A stretch of DNA of 43,395 bases from Octopus bimaculoides (Eukaryota): contig NC_068982.1 of NCBI RefSeq assembly GCF_001194135.2, positions 32,577,969 to 32,621,363 of the forward strand. The letters are read 5' to 3'. Of this stretch, positions 1 through 10,569 are shown piece by piece. The position numbers were made by a program, and so were the translations under genes. A model generated the notes under the pieces. The model was given only the letters and a program-made list of their open reading frames with translations, ran no database searches and was not told the origin of the DNA. Position 1 is the stretch's first letter. Every line of letters starts with the position of its first letter.

Positions 1-70
<70 letters not shown>
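1..70. repeat. (GT)n microsatellite
   Basis: 35 uninterrupted GT units at the window start. Confidence 0.99.
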
Positions 71-72
<2 letters not shown>

Positions 73-275
73 TGGAGTATCTCATCAAACATACTCACGC
101 ACACACGCATACATAGGAAGGGCTTGTACACAGTTTATATCTAGCGAACTCCTCTTACACAGCATTGATGAACCTAAAGCCACCGAAGAAGACACTTCCC
201 CAAAGTGGGCGCAGTGAGATCTAACGCAGAACCACGTGCTTGTGAAACGAACTTCTTGACTACACTGCCGTTCCT
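70..275 (-). mobile_element. Degenerate tRNA-derived SINE, family A, head half
   Basis: GAAGAAGACACTTCCCCAAAG...GCAGTGAGATCTAACGCAGAACCACGTG is similar to better-preserved copies at 9640-9770 and 17013-17091. Confidence 0.55.
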
Positions 276-440
276 ATATATAAACATACAATTTTATTCT
301 TCCAGGTAACAATGGTGCAGCTGCTCAGTAGTCATATTTTTCTTCGTCTCTTCTTCTTTCTCCGCCTTTCACTCCACTCTGCGTAGCTATAAGCTCAAAA
401 GTGTTGACGCGCACAACAGATGCCAACAGATACATGGTGG

Positions 441-645
441 TACATACATACATACATACATACATACATACATACATACATACATGTATGTATGTATGTA
501 TGTATGTATAAAACGCACAAAACGCTCGTACACACTCAAATACGCATGTGGACACATACACATACATTATAAGTATACATATACATACAAGCGCGTATTC
601 ATCCATACATACGTACATACATACATACATGATACATGAAAACGC

Positions 646-709
<64 letters not shown>

Positions 710-715
710 ACAAGC
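441..715. repeat. Compound (TACA)n/(TGTA)n/(CA)n microsatellites
   Basis: Seen directly. They generate the spurious CVCVCV and HTHTHT ORF extensions downstream of exon 749-873. Confidence 0.95.
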
Positions 716-748
716 GTAAACATGTACAAATAAAGAATGAAGATTAAC

Positions 749-873
749 CTAGTCAAAAGAACTGCCACATCATGGTGATTTGGATGACTGTCTTCCTTGA
801 AGTTCATCTTTCGCTGCCAGTGACAAAAACTGCGAAGACTTCGGTCAGCATGATGAGTAATTTTCAGGCCTTC
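749..873 (-). CDS. ADAMTS7/12: ADAMTS7/12-like catalytic-domain exon
   Basis: Acceptor TTTCCATTTTCATATGCAG|GAA GGC; donor ACT AG|GTTAAT; 125 nt, phase 0-2. Translates [41 protein letters not shown](R). [14 protein letters not shown] and HP.HHD.A.LLTR are characteristic of ADAMTS7/12. The next exon is not found in 1-748, so the gene continues beyond the window. Confidence 0.96.
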
Positions 874-911
874 CTGCATATGAAAATGGAAACAAATCAT
901 CAAACATCAAT

Positions 912-1184
912 GGATCAGATTTTAAAAAGTTCATTTCGCTGGATCCACTAGCCAAGAGTGAGGGGGCCAAGAAGAGAGGTGGCGGCTCACCCCCGGGTGA
1001 CGCTTTTATAAGAGAGGTACTTTCGGGTTTGCTGCATAAGTTTAAGGATCAGATATTAAAATTTCATTTCACTGGATCCAGTATCGTGGCTAGGAGATGA
1101 AGGGACCAAGAGGTGAGGTGGCGGCCCACCCTGACCGGCGATTCTTTAAAACGTACTTCTGTGTCTGTCTCAGAAGCTTGCATA
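912..1184. repeat. Two diverged tandem units, 134-bp period
   Basis: GGATCAGAT(T/A)TTAAAA..TTCATTTC.CTGGATCCA starts at 912 and 1046; both contain GAGGTGGCGGC.CACCC and end in GCATA. Confidence 0.8.
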
Positions 1185-1849
1185 GGCTGTATAAGCCACA
1201 GTGATAGGGACGACAAATACAGGGGCTGCACAGGGAGGACCGCACTCTAGCTACACCACTGGCTGAATCCCAGGGTTATCGTGAGCCAACATCTCTGGAA
1301 TAAGATTATAAACGAGATACAAATTATGTTTGAATCAGTCACACTATAACATTACAAGCAGTCTCACAGTAGAAAGTCTTAAAAGCAGAGTTACTGCCTT
1401 GCTTAATCTAAAGATATGATCTACTTTTGTATTTTCATTTATTTATTTATCTCTCTATTTATTTATTTATCTATCTATCCCTTTATAATTCTTAAACAAG
1501 AATGTTGTTGACAATGACTTAGAGGTTTCGGCCAGGTAAGCCATAGTCGAACAGCTTATCTGGCCGATTGTCAACAAAGTTCTTGTTAAAGAACAACGAA
1601 GTTCTTGTACTCTACAAATTTATAGAATAACCCATCAGATTAATGTAAAATTGTTTTTATTATAACTGAAAATAAAAACAAACATTAATATTTATTTATT
1701 TATTTATTTATTGTGAAGCAGATTATATGTTTTCAGTCATAAATTTTAGTAGTGTGTACCATTGATAAAAATAGGATGGCCATAATTGCAGCATTGATTA
1801 AATGCTAATATCTTACTACACTAAGAAAACAGGATTATGATCACAACAT

Positions 1850-2260
1850 ATCAAATTGGTTGCACGGTCGACACACTCCGCTACATTCGAGATAATGTAT
1901 ATCCGTATAGGATCCAAACAGCCTCACACCATCGGATTAATATAATCGTTCATTATTCTCAAACGAAACAATAGAGATGCATGCCAGAAGAACTAACGAG
2001 TAACTGATTTACAATAGATATTGGTTTACACGCCCAAAAAAGAACAACTAACTAAACAAGAGTAAGAAGAAGAATATTGTCTGGTCTCACCCGTTATTCA
2101 ATACAAATATGAATACCTATAAGACAAAACAGTTCATTTGCATAATAAACAAGCGCTCCAGCAGAAACATGCAAACTACAATGGCTGGATAATGAAAATG
2201 ATGTTAAGGTATGTTATAGCACATACCTTTAAAACAAAGTTATATAATATTAAATAACGC
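1850..2260 (+). mobile_element. Possible Penelope-like RT thumb/linker fragment
   Basis: KKKNIVWSHPLFNTNMNTYKTKQFICIINKR (NIVW from 2073) resembles the PLE motif RNIIWFNPP(F/Y)..NVxTNIG..FL.LIxKHF. Surrounding sequence is decayed. Confidence 0.45.
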
Positions 2261-2802
2261 TAGAATATCAGTAATGAACAAAATGACAAGAAAAACGGTA
2301 GTTCAAATTAACCAGCTTCTGCTTAAGAAAAATGTCATCTTCTGTGTCAATGACACAGAAAGAAAACAAATAAATACTACTTCATAAATTGAATAACAGA
2401 AGACTCGTCCCAGATCATATTTACCTACACAACAGCATCGTCATGCAGTGGTCCAAAATGAATAGCAAATCGTTTGCCAAGTATGCGTTTTAAGGAGGAC
2501 AAACATAGACAGGAACACTACAATTTAATTAGTAGTCTTATACTTATCAACACTTTTCAGGGACGGAGTGAAGATCAAGGATAGTGTCCACCTGCCGTCA
2601 TAGGCAGACATTTTTATTGTTAAAACAAATTCTGAGTCACTGTTTGATGCAGATTGATATGACACAACCTGTTACTAGTTACCTAGCCTCAATTTCCATT
2701 CTTTCTTTTGGATTACATCCACAGAGATATGACAGCGTCGACTCGGAGAAACGTATGAAACCATAGCGTAGATTTAAGTTCATGAGTCCGATATATACAT
2801 AA

Positions 2803-3106
2803 CCGGCACTCCATCGGTTACGACAACAAGGGTTTCAGTTGATCCAATGAACAGAGCAGTCAGCTCGTGAAATTAACTTGCAAGTGGCTGAGCACTCCAC
2901 AGGCATGCGTACCCTTAGCGTAGATCTCAGGCAGATTCAGCGTGACACAGAATGTGACAAGGTTGGCCCCTTTGAATTGCCAGCTGAGTGGACTAGAGCA
3001 ACATGAAATAAATGTCTTGCTCGAGGACAAACGCGCCGCCGGGAATCGTACTGACGACCTTACGATCATGAGCCAAATTCCCTAACCATTAGGCCACGCG
3101 CCTTCG
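2803..3106 (-). mobile_element. tRNA-derived SINE with CORE-like domain (family C head) and family D tail
   Basis: Minus strand begins CGAAGGCGCGTGGCCTAATGGTTAGG (A-box) ...CGATTCCCGGC (B-box), then GAGCAAGACATTTATTTCATGTTGCTCTAGTCCACTCAGCTG. The 3' ~170 bp are homologous to 24166-24336. Confidence 0.8.
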
Positions 3107-3114
3107 TTATATAT

Positions 3115-3148
<34 letters not shown>

Positions 3149-3320
3149 TATTTTGTTTAAAAGAGTTCCAACAATGTCTGTTTTTTATGTTTTATTTATA
3201 TTCCTGCAGAACTAATGTGGGGTATAGAATATGGAATATACAATATAATATACAATATACAATATAAAATAAAATAAAATAAAAATGGATGGCACCATGA
3301 AAGAAAGTATTGAATGTAGA

Positions 3321-3355
<35 letters not shown>

Positions 3356-3522
3356 TACAAATACACTCGTATACCTATATCATCCTTACAAACTTAAGCA
3401 CACACACACACATTATATGTGAGCGTAATTGTGCGTGTAACTGCGCATGTCTTTCAACTTTACAACACCCATATTAATATTAGTACATGATCTAAGCAAC
3501 ATAAATATTATCACCAAAAATA

Positions 3523-4185
3523 TTGGATCTTTTTTAAAACGGGGGCCACATTTTTCATTAAAGTTTTACGTAGTGTTTTTGGTACCGAAAGACTTTCAAA
3601 CTTCGTATACTTATCTATTTTGTGTTATAGTACAGAAAAATGTATTCGAATTTATTTCATGTCAAAAATTGTCTTATTTCGATAATTTCAACCAATCACT
3701 GACAAGTATTCAGTTGTTTACATTTACTCCTTTGTATGATNNNNNNNNNNAAAATGTATTCGAATTTATTTCATGTCAAAAATTGTCTTATTTCGATAAT
3801 TTCAACCAATCACTGACAAGTATTCAGTTGTTTACATTTACTCCTTTGTATGATTAAGCGATGTAAAGCGTATTTAATCTCCATACCTTCGTTTTATTTG
3901 CTTTTTTCATTTTAAATTTGCTTTAACCCTAACCCTAGGGTTAGAGTTAGGGTTAGGGTTAATTGCTTCAGAATTGTTTGTTTATGTAGTCGGCTGAATG
4001 GACGTCAATGATTGGTTGAAATTACAGAAATACGACAACTTTAACATGGAATAATTTATGGATTTCTTTTTTTTTTAAGAAGACTAAGAGAAAAAGATGT
4101 TTTATATGACACATTCTACCAGTGTTCCAAGTTTCAAAGTGTTTCGTTAATGAAAAATGTGGCCCCCGTTTTAAAAAAGATCCAA
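3523..4185. mobile_element. Foldback/MITE-like non-autonomous DNA element, 39-bp perfect TIRs, telomere-like centre
   Basis: TTGGATCTTTTTTAAAACGGGGGCCACATTTTTCATTAA at 3523-3561 is the exact reverse complement of 4147-4185. Weaker inverted homology continues inward (ATAATTTCAACCAATCACTGAC vs the reverse complement near 4000-4030). (CCCTAA)/(TTAGGG) block at 3923-3962. Confidence 0.8.
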
Positions 4186-4254
4186 AATATTTTCTTATGT
4201 ATCATAGCAAACTAGATTACGACATCTTAAGAAATGGAATATCGCAGAACTCAC

Positions 4255-4338
4255 CTGTTCATCTTCCAGTAACAACAACCGAACAATCTTAATGTTGATC
4301 GCGTTCCCTATACTGGCGTCATGGAATAATGAGGATAC
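4255..4338 (-). CDS. ADAMTS7/12: ADAMTS7/12-like catalytic-domain exon (not in the ORF track)
   Basis: Acceptor GTATTTCTAG|GTA TCC; donor GAA CAG|GTGAGT; 84 nt, phase 0-0. Translates VSSLFHDASIGNAINIKIVRLLLLEDEQ, matching the ADAMTS7/12 segment VxxLFHDxSIGNxIxIxxVRLxLLE. Confidence 0.96.
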
Positions 4339-5019
4339 CTAGAAATACACGCAAAAGATCTCATTAATTAAAGGGTCGTTCACATTTGCATGGTGAATTA
4401 TTTCAAGGAAATATATAAAAACCCTCCCCGGAATAAATAGGTTTGTTGTTATTGATGGTGATGTTTATGTTGTTCCTGTTGTGACTGTCATTGCTTCGAT
4501 TGTTCTAGTTTTCTTATAAACATAAAGTTCAATGAAAAATTTACAATGAATCGGTTCCAAATATAAGGCATCTACCTACGGCCAGTCAAGGAACTTCATT
4601 TAAATTTTGGACTGCTTTCACTATCAAACACGAGCGCCCTCTCCCCAACATCCCCCCCCCACCGCCATGATTTACAGGTGCTTATCTCTTCAAACAGCGG
4701 TGGTAGAATTAGTAGGGTTGCTTCTAAGTTCTATATCCACTGAATTTGCATTTCATCTTTTCAGGATCGATAAAATATAGTATTAATTAAACACAAAGTC
4801 GATGTAACTAATAATTTCCTCCACTCAAAATATATGATCGTGTCGTGGTGACATCAAACAATATTATCATTATAATTGTTGTTGCTGTTTTGGACACGGT
4901 GTTAACTAAGAATTTGGCGCTTGTTGTTAATATTCTGGTAAGTGATACACAAACCGGCACATCCCAAATCGATCTTTCCAAAACAAACTCTGCCTCACAC
5001 TATGAATCATAGAAAGTGG

Positions 5020-5390
5020 GGGTTTTAAGAACCTGGCATTGATGGGGTCCCGATTGATTTAGATCAATCGAAAGCTTTCGATAGGAATGACTATCGAGAC
5101 TTGGCGGTTGTCCTCACAGCGGCTAGTTTTCAGTCACGTCTTCAGAGATTTAATCGCTGCAATGCACAGTAACATCTTATCGATGGCCAGAGTAAATGGC
5201 GGCGCTTCATGACTGACTAGAATGGAGCGCTTGTTCTTACAAATTCTGTAGAGTGGACGGTTTCCGCTGGTTAGACAGCTCCATTTGCTGTCAGCATCTG
5301 CTACGTGCCATGGCTAATGATGTCTACACATGTGCTCAGGTTGCGACATCTCCAACAATTCTCTGATGATGAGCAGGCGTAGTCATACGG
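5020..5390 (+). mobile_element. Tx1/L1-clade non-LTR reverse transcriptase fragment, degenerate
   Basis: 5056-5085 encodes DLDQSKAFDR, followed by NDYRDLAVVLTAASF, then after a frameshift VFRDLIAAMHSNILSMARVNG, and later AMANDV (a decayed AYADDV). DQxKAFDR and ..VNG are L1/Tx1 RT motifs. Confidence 0.8.
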
Positions 5391-6558
5391 AGATACCACT
5401 TTCAAAGGTTTCAGTCGATTAAATCACTCACCAATATGTGTTTTATCGATCTCAGAAAGATGGAAAGAAAAAAATGGGGTTAGGTGGAACTTGAACTCAA
5501 CACGTGAAATGAATGTAATCAGATAGCAGAAAGTATCTTGTTTGTCATTTTATTAATTCTTTCATCCACCTGCCGTGCATGGTTAGTCATGAGGCTAGAG
5601 AGGGATTTGTGGAAGTGATGTGGAATCCAGTCAAGAACTTCGCCCTTCGCATATTTGAATTAGTCATTTACTTTAAATATTTTAGTTTCTCAGCAAAAGT
5701 GATTCTTTTAGTAGATGTGGATGTGCAAAGAGATAGGTGGAGAGAGAGAGAGAAAGAGTTAGGGGAGAGAGGGTTAGAGGGAGAGAGAGAGTGAGGACAT
5801 GTATGTACATACAACCTGTTAATGATAAGAAAAATGTTGATTTTAAGAGTTTGTGGTTTGTTGAAGTTTGAGACAGAGAGGTTAGGGCATAAATAAAACA
5901 TATGTAATCTAGTCTATAGGCAAGTTTCACAAATAAGTTGTTTTCGATATAATGTTTATGTTGTATAAACAGTTCTTCGAAGTCATCAACAAAGAACACA
6001 GAAAGTTGGTTTGTCCTCTCGCTTGAAGTCATGTGCTGCAAATACTTTTAGAGCTGACTAAAATACTTGTCATTTTTATGATTATCAGAACTATGAGCAA
6101 TATAAATAAATAAATAAATTAAAATGAAATAAAATAAAAAAGATTCATCAGACATTTGTCTTGCAAGTGAACACAACGAAGTCTTTCATGATTGAAAATT
6201 TAACAAGATGTGTGTGAGTGTGTGCGTATGCGCGCGTGCGTGCGTGCGTGCGTGCGTGCGCGCCACATACGCATATACACTCACCTGTGTGCATACATAG
6301 AAACATGTGAGTACACGCAATTGTTGAAAGCTTGTATGGTCGCAATCACGAATGATACTTTATAGTTTGAAATTTAATGTGCAGAAGCAGTTAAGGAGCT
6401 TTCACCTTCTTCGTTATTTATTTAACAATATTAAGTGCCCTTGGAAGATTTTGTCTTCTAATTGCAAGGGTAATCTAATCGAAGATTTTCAGCTTTTTTT
6501 TTGTGGGTGTGTTCATATATGTGAGCGTTTGTCTACGTCCGTATCTGTATATATCTAC

Positions 6559-6595
<37 letters not shown>

Positions 6596-7291
6596 ACATA
6601 TAGAAGAAAACGTACAATTTTCTTAGTATGTTAGTATGTAGGTTCGTCTTCCCGTTTGTCTTTCATTGATGAATGTTCTGTTGACATTGCATTTGACTAT
6701 TTGCAAGCGAAAATTGACAGAGGAAGACAAACAAGCGAGCAGAAAGTTACATGGGAAAGGATTAGAAGTAATACTTTGAATAAACATTATCTTAATGATG
6801 CCGGAATAAGCAAGCAATACAGTAAATAAAACGACGTGCAGGGAGAGAAAAAAAACCCCCACCGAAGAGAATATTAAAATAAAAGCTGTTAAATAATGGA
6901 TGACTTGTAAGAGATTTGACGCAAAATCAGCTTACATATTTGCATGTTAATTAACATTTAATGTAGATATGATTTTGGACTATTCAGCAAAGATCGTTTC
7001 TTGTGTGTATTGGATGTACGTCTTTTGGCGTAGATATGAACACTGAGACGTTATCCACTGATCTGGTATCAAAAACAGTTAGTAGTTAGTGCTGAGCAGA
7101 TCACTGAGGTGTCAAAATGACGTCATTGATATGGCTCAACTTGTGCATTTCTAGACATTTGTAATAATTTGATCTATTTTTGAGTAGTTTACCATTCCAT
7201 GTGGTGATGTGTACTTTGTGTATAGGGTATCCCATCATGGCCGCTACTAATTAGCTAGAACCACGAGCAACACAAATATATATTTCATCTC

Positions 7292-7658
7292 TTACTTTCT
7301 TGTTTGTTTCAGTCATTGGACTGAAGCCATGCTGGGATGCCACCTTAATGGATTTAGTCGATCAAATTGAGCCCAGTACTTATTTTAAAGTCTGATCCTT
7401 AATCTGTCACTTTCTTTTGTCGGACCGTAAAGTTCCAGTGACGTAAACAAATCGACGCTGGCTTTCAAGCGCTACGGGGAAAACACAAACATGTAAACAC
7501 TACTGAAGAGCTTCCATTCAATTTCTGTCTACCATATTCCTTCACAAGGTTCAGCGCTATAGTAAAAGATACTTGCCTAAGGTGTCGTTCAGAGGAACAG
7601 AACGTGAAACTACGTGGTTGTAAAGCGAATTTCTTAACTATATAGCATGTTGCACCTA
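7292..7658 (-). mobile_element. tRNA-derived SINE family A (octopus OK/OR-type), diverged
   Basis: Homologous along its length to 15539-15931 (opposite orientation) and 16390-17091. Family name is inferred from recollection and not verified. Confidence 0.8.
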
Positions 7659-8589
7659 TATGCTTAAAATTAATCAATTTCTCCAATTATATTGGAGTGA
7701 GCCCCTTTATAGATCTAGTGTTCGATAGCTGGTATAGTCATCTACAATAAACAGAAACCGGTTGAGTGTCACCTCAGACTACACTGCAGAATAACTTATC
7801 GTGTAGGTTGTAACCGTGGATTGCATCAACAGCGATTTACCCTTGTGTCATAACTTTGTTTGCGCAGTGCTGGTCAGTGTTAACAACAACAAAACAACAA
7901 ACAAACCAACCAACAAGGACGCTACAACGTGGTCGCTTAAACTGTTAGAAATAGCAACCAAAACCCCTTATTGCATGCACCCTGCCATCTTGAAAGAGAA
8001 GGAGGACATTTCAGTTAATGTACTCCTATATATGCAATACTCGAGTCGAGCTGAGTGCTTTTGAACATAAGTCTGCTTACTTCGGGCTGACTGAGGCTAA
8101 ACAAGGAGAACAGCAACAACAAACAACTAGTTAAACAAATGCTTGTTTTTCTGGTATTACTGATTAAACTAAAACAGAGAGTAAGCCACATTCTCAAGAA
8201 TTACTTGACACAAACTACTTATATTACATTAGATTAATTAATGCTGAGACTTAGTGACATCTGATATGTATCAATTGAAACATTAACGTCATGTCACAGG
8301 AATAAGTGTTTCTAAATGACTTCGAACAACCTAGATGAGATGAAGCATTCTGCTATGTGCTTGCTGTAAACTATTTACCTAGTTATTTCTGCAGCATAGT
8401 CTATTCCAGCAAGGTCAGCAACATCGCTTCTACCATATACATTTGTACTCATCATTACTCTCAAAATCATGTTAGAATAAACAAAGATTTACGCTGTTAC
8501 AAAGTTTGCTTGAAATAGCTGCTAAATCATTCTCAAATCACACTTTACTGTCTTTGAGAAGAGAAGGTGGCATGCATCTTTGTTTATAG

Positions 8590-8760
8590 AAGCGGCAAAA
8601 TGGCGGAGTTGTTAGTGCGCTGTATATAATGCATTGTAGTATACGTTTCTACTTCCGGCTCCTTCATTTTGAATTCTGCCAATGTCAATCTTGTTTTTCA
8701 TCTTTCAGGATTTATAAATCAATTATCAATCCAACGCAATAACTTGGTGGAATTCTTAGA
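8590..8760 (+). mobile_element. Degenerate SINE family B
   Basis: TGGCGGAGTTGTTAG...TTGAATTCTGCCAATGTCAATCTTGTTTTTCATCTTTCAGG resembles the intact copy at 40289-40505. Confidence 0.55.
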
Positions 8761-8944
8761 GCTTTGCAGTAGTATCGTTCCGTTTTTTTTTTGTTTTTTT
8801 TTTTTACTTCCGCTTAGGAAGTGAAACCCTACAGACAACATGACTAATTGCACAACCAAAGAACCGCAATTAATTATGAAGCCCGTAATGGACGAGAGAA
8901 GCTTGAAGCCATTAGCTACATCAGTTAATCACTGGGATCTGATA

Positions 8945-9486
8945 CATTCTTTTACTTGTTTTTAGTCATTAGAGAGCTGTCATACTGGGGCACCGCTTTG
9001 GAGAACTTTTTAGTCAAATGAATCGACTCCAGTATTTATTTTTTAAGCCTGGTACTTATTCTATAAGGCTTATGGCTCAGTGGTTAGAGCGTCGAGCTCA
9101 AAATTATGGGGTAGTGAATTCGATTCCCACACTGGGCTGTGTGCTGTGTTCTTAAACAAAACACTTTATTTCGTGTTGGTCCAGTTCACTCAGCTGTAGA
9201 AATGGATTGCGACGTCACTGGTGTCAAGCTGTATCGACCTTTGTCTTTCCCCTGGATAACATCAGTAGCATGGAGAGAGGAGGCTGGTCTGCATGGGTGG
9301 CTGCTGATCTGCCATAAACAACCTTGCACGGTCTTGTGCCTCTGAAAACTTTCTAGGTGCGATCTCATGGTCATTTACGACCGAAGTGGGGTCTTTAATC
9401 TTTTTACTTATTCTACTGGTCTCTTTTACCGAACAGCTAACTTGCGGGTACGTAAACACACCAGCACCGGTTGTCAAGCGGTGGTG

Positions 9487-9531
<45 letters not shown>

Positions 9532-9557
9532 TNNNNNNNNNNNNNNNNNNNNNNNNN

Positions 9558-9609
<52 letters not shown>

Positions 9610-9772
9610 ACAGGCTTCTATCATTCTATCAGTATCCGTCTACCAAATCCACTCACAAGGCTTTGGTTGGCCCGACAGCATAGTAGAAGACACTGTCCCA
9701 AAGTACCATGCAGTGGAACTGAACCCGGAACCATGTGGTTGAGCAGCAAGCTTCTTATCACACAGCCAATTT
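8945..9772 (-). mobile_element. SINE family A interrupted by a family C SINE
   Basis: Family A body at 8945-9063 resumes at 9405-9772, including an internal (CA)n/(TA)n tract and an N gap. Confidence 0.85.
9064..9404 (+). mobile_element. SINE family C (tRNA head + CORE-like domain) with 11-bp TSD
   Basis: TGGCTCAGTGGTTAGAGC (A-box), GAATTCGATTCCC (B-box), AACACTTTATTTCGTGTTGGTCCAGTTCACTCAGCTGTAGAAATG. Flanked by TACTTATTCTA at 9053-9063 and 9405-9415. Confidence 0.88.
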
Positions 9773-10569
9773 TTTTTTCTTTGGAAGACTAGACAGTTAC
9801 AGCTGGAATCCTTTTAATCGTAGAGCTACTCAATCAGATATAAATAACATCAGCACATTATCAATGAAGAGACAAAAGAAACAGTAAGTTGATACATGTT
9901 GATATGTTAAGTATTTCAGTTTATTTAGAAACCTACAATGAACAGGTCATGTGACAGACGTTAAACTATAAATTTTACAGGGTACAACCTTAAAGTTGAC
10001 ACCGCTTCACTAAACGCAGAAAATTTGTGTCTCGCTATTGGCTAAAAATAGATTCTTAAACCTCTGTAACTTTTTCCTCCAATTTTTTTCTTTACAACAT
10101 CATACCTTCATAGTAATGAGACCGGAAGACTACATTATTATAGCCGATTTCCAGATTTTTTACTTCCTTTTAAAAAATGCATATTTTGCGAATGAAAAGA
10201 AACTAGATCCTATTTGTTAATGCAGTTTAGTCTCACTCTCTCTCTCTCTCTCATACACACACACACACACAAGCATACAATTTGCTTCAGTTAGTCTCTT
10301 GTTACTCTGGGCTTCACCTGTGGGTGTATAGGGTCTTGAGGCAAGTTACGACACTTGCCTGAACACCCTGTGCAGATTAAGAAGTGACTGACTCAACCAA
10401 AATAAAGTATAATTATTAATCTGAACTACGGTATTGAGGAGTCTTTATTCCGACAGTCAACATTAAACGGTTTTATATGTATATAAGTGTATGTGTGTAA
10501 AGGACTACATTGTCCAGTGCATCTCTGGTATTCTTTTTTTCAAAGACACCAGGATGCGGTATAAGGCAG

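Noticed and set aside
3637-3854. Exact 104-bp direct repeat (3637-3740 and 3751-3854), which also duplicates a peptide in ORF 3447-3857
   Set aside because: The copies flank a 10-N gap exactly, the signature of unmerged overlapping contig ends.
3923-3962. Relic of a telomere-telomere chromosome fusion
   Set aside because: Fusions give (TTAGGG)n then (CCCTAA)n. Here the order is reversed, the tract is very short, and it lies inside a TIR element.
5950-6060. Possible mariner N-terminal remnant on the minus strand
   Set aside because: Similarity is limited to a few residues and is not distinguishable from chance.
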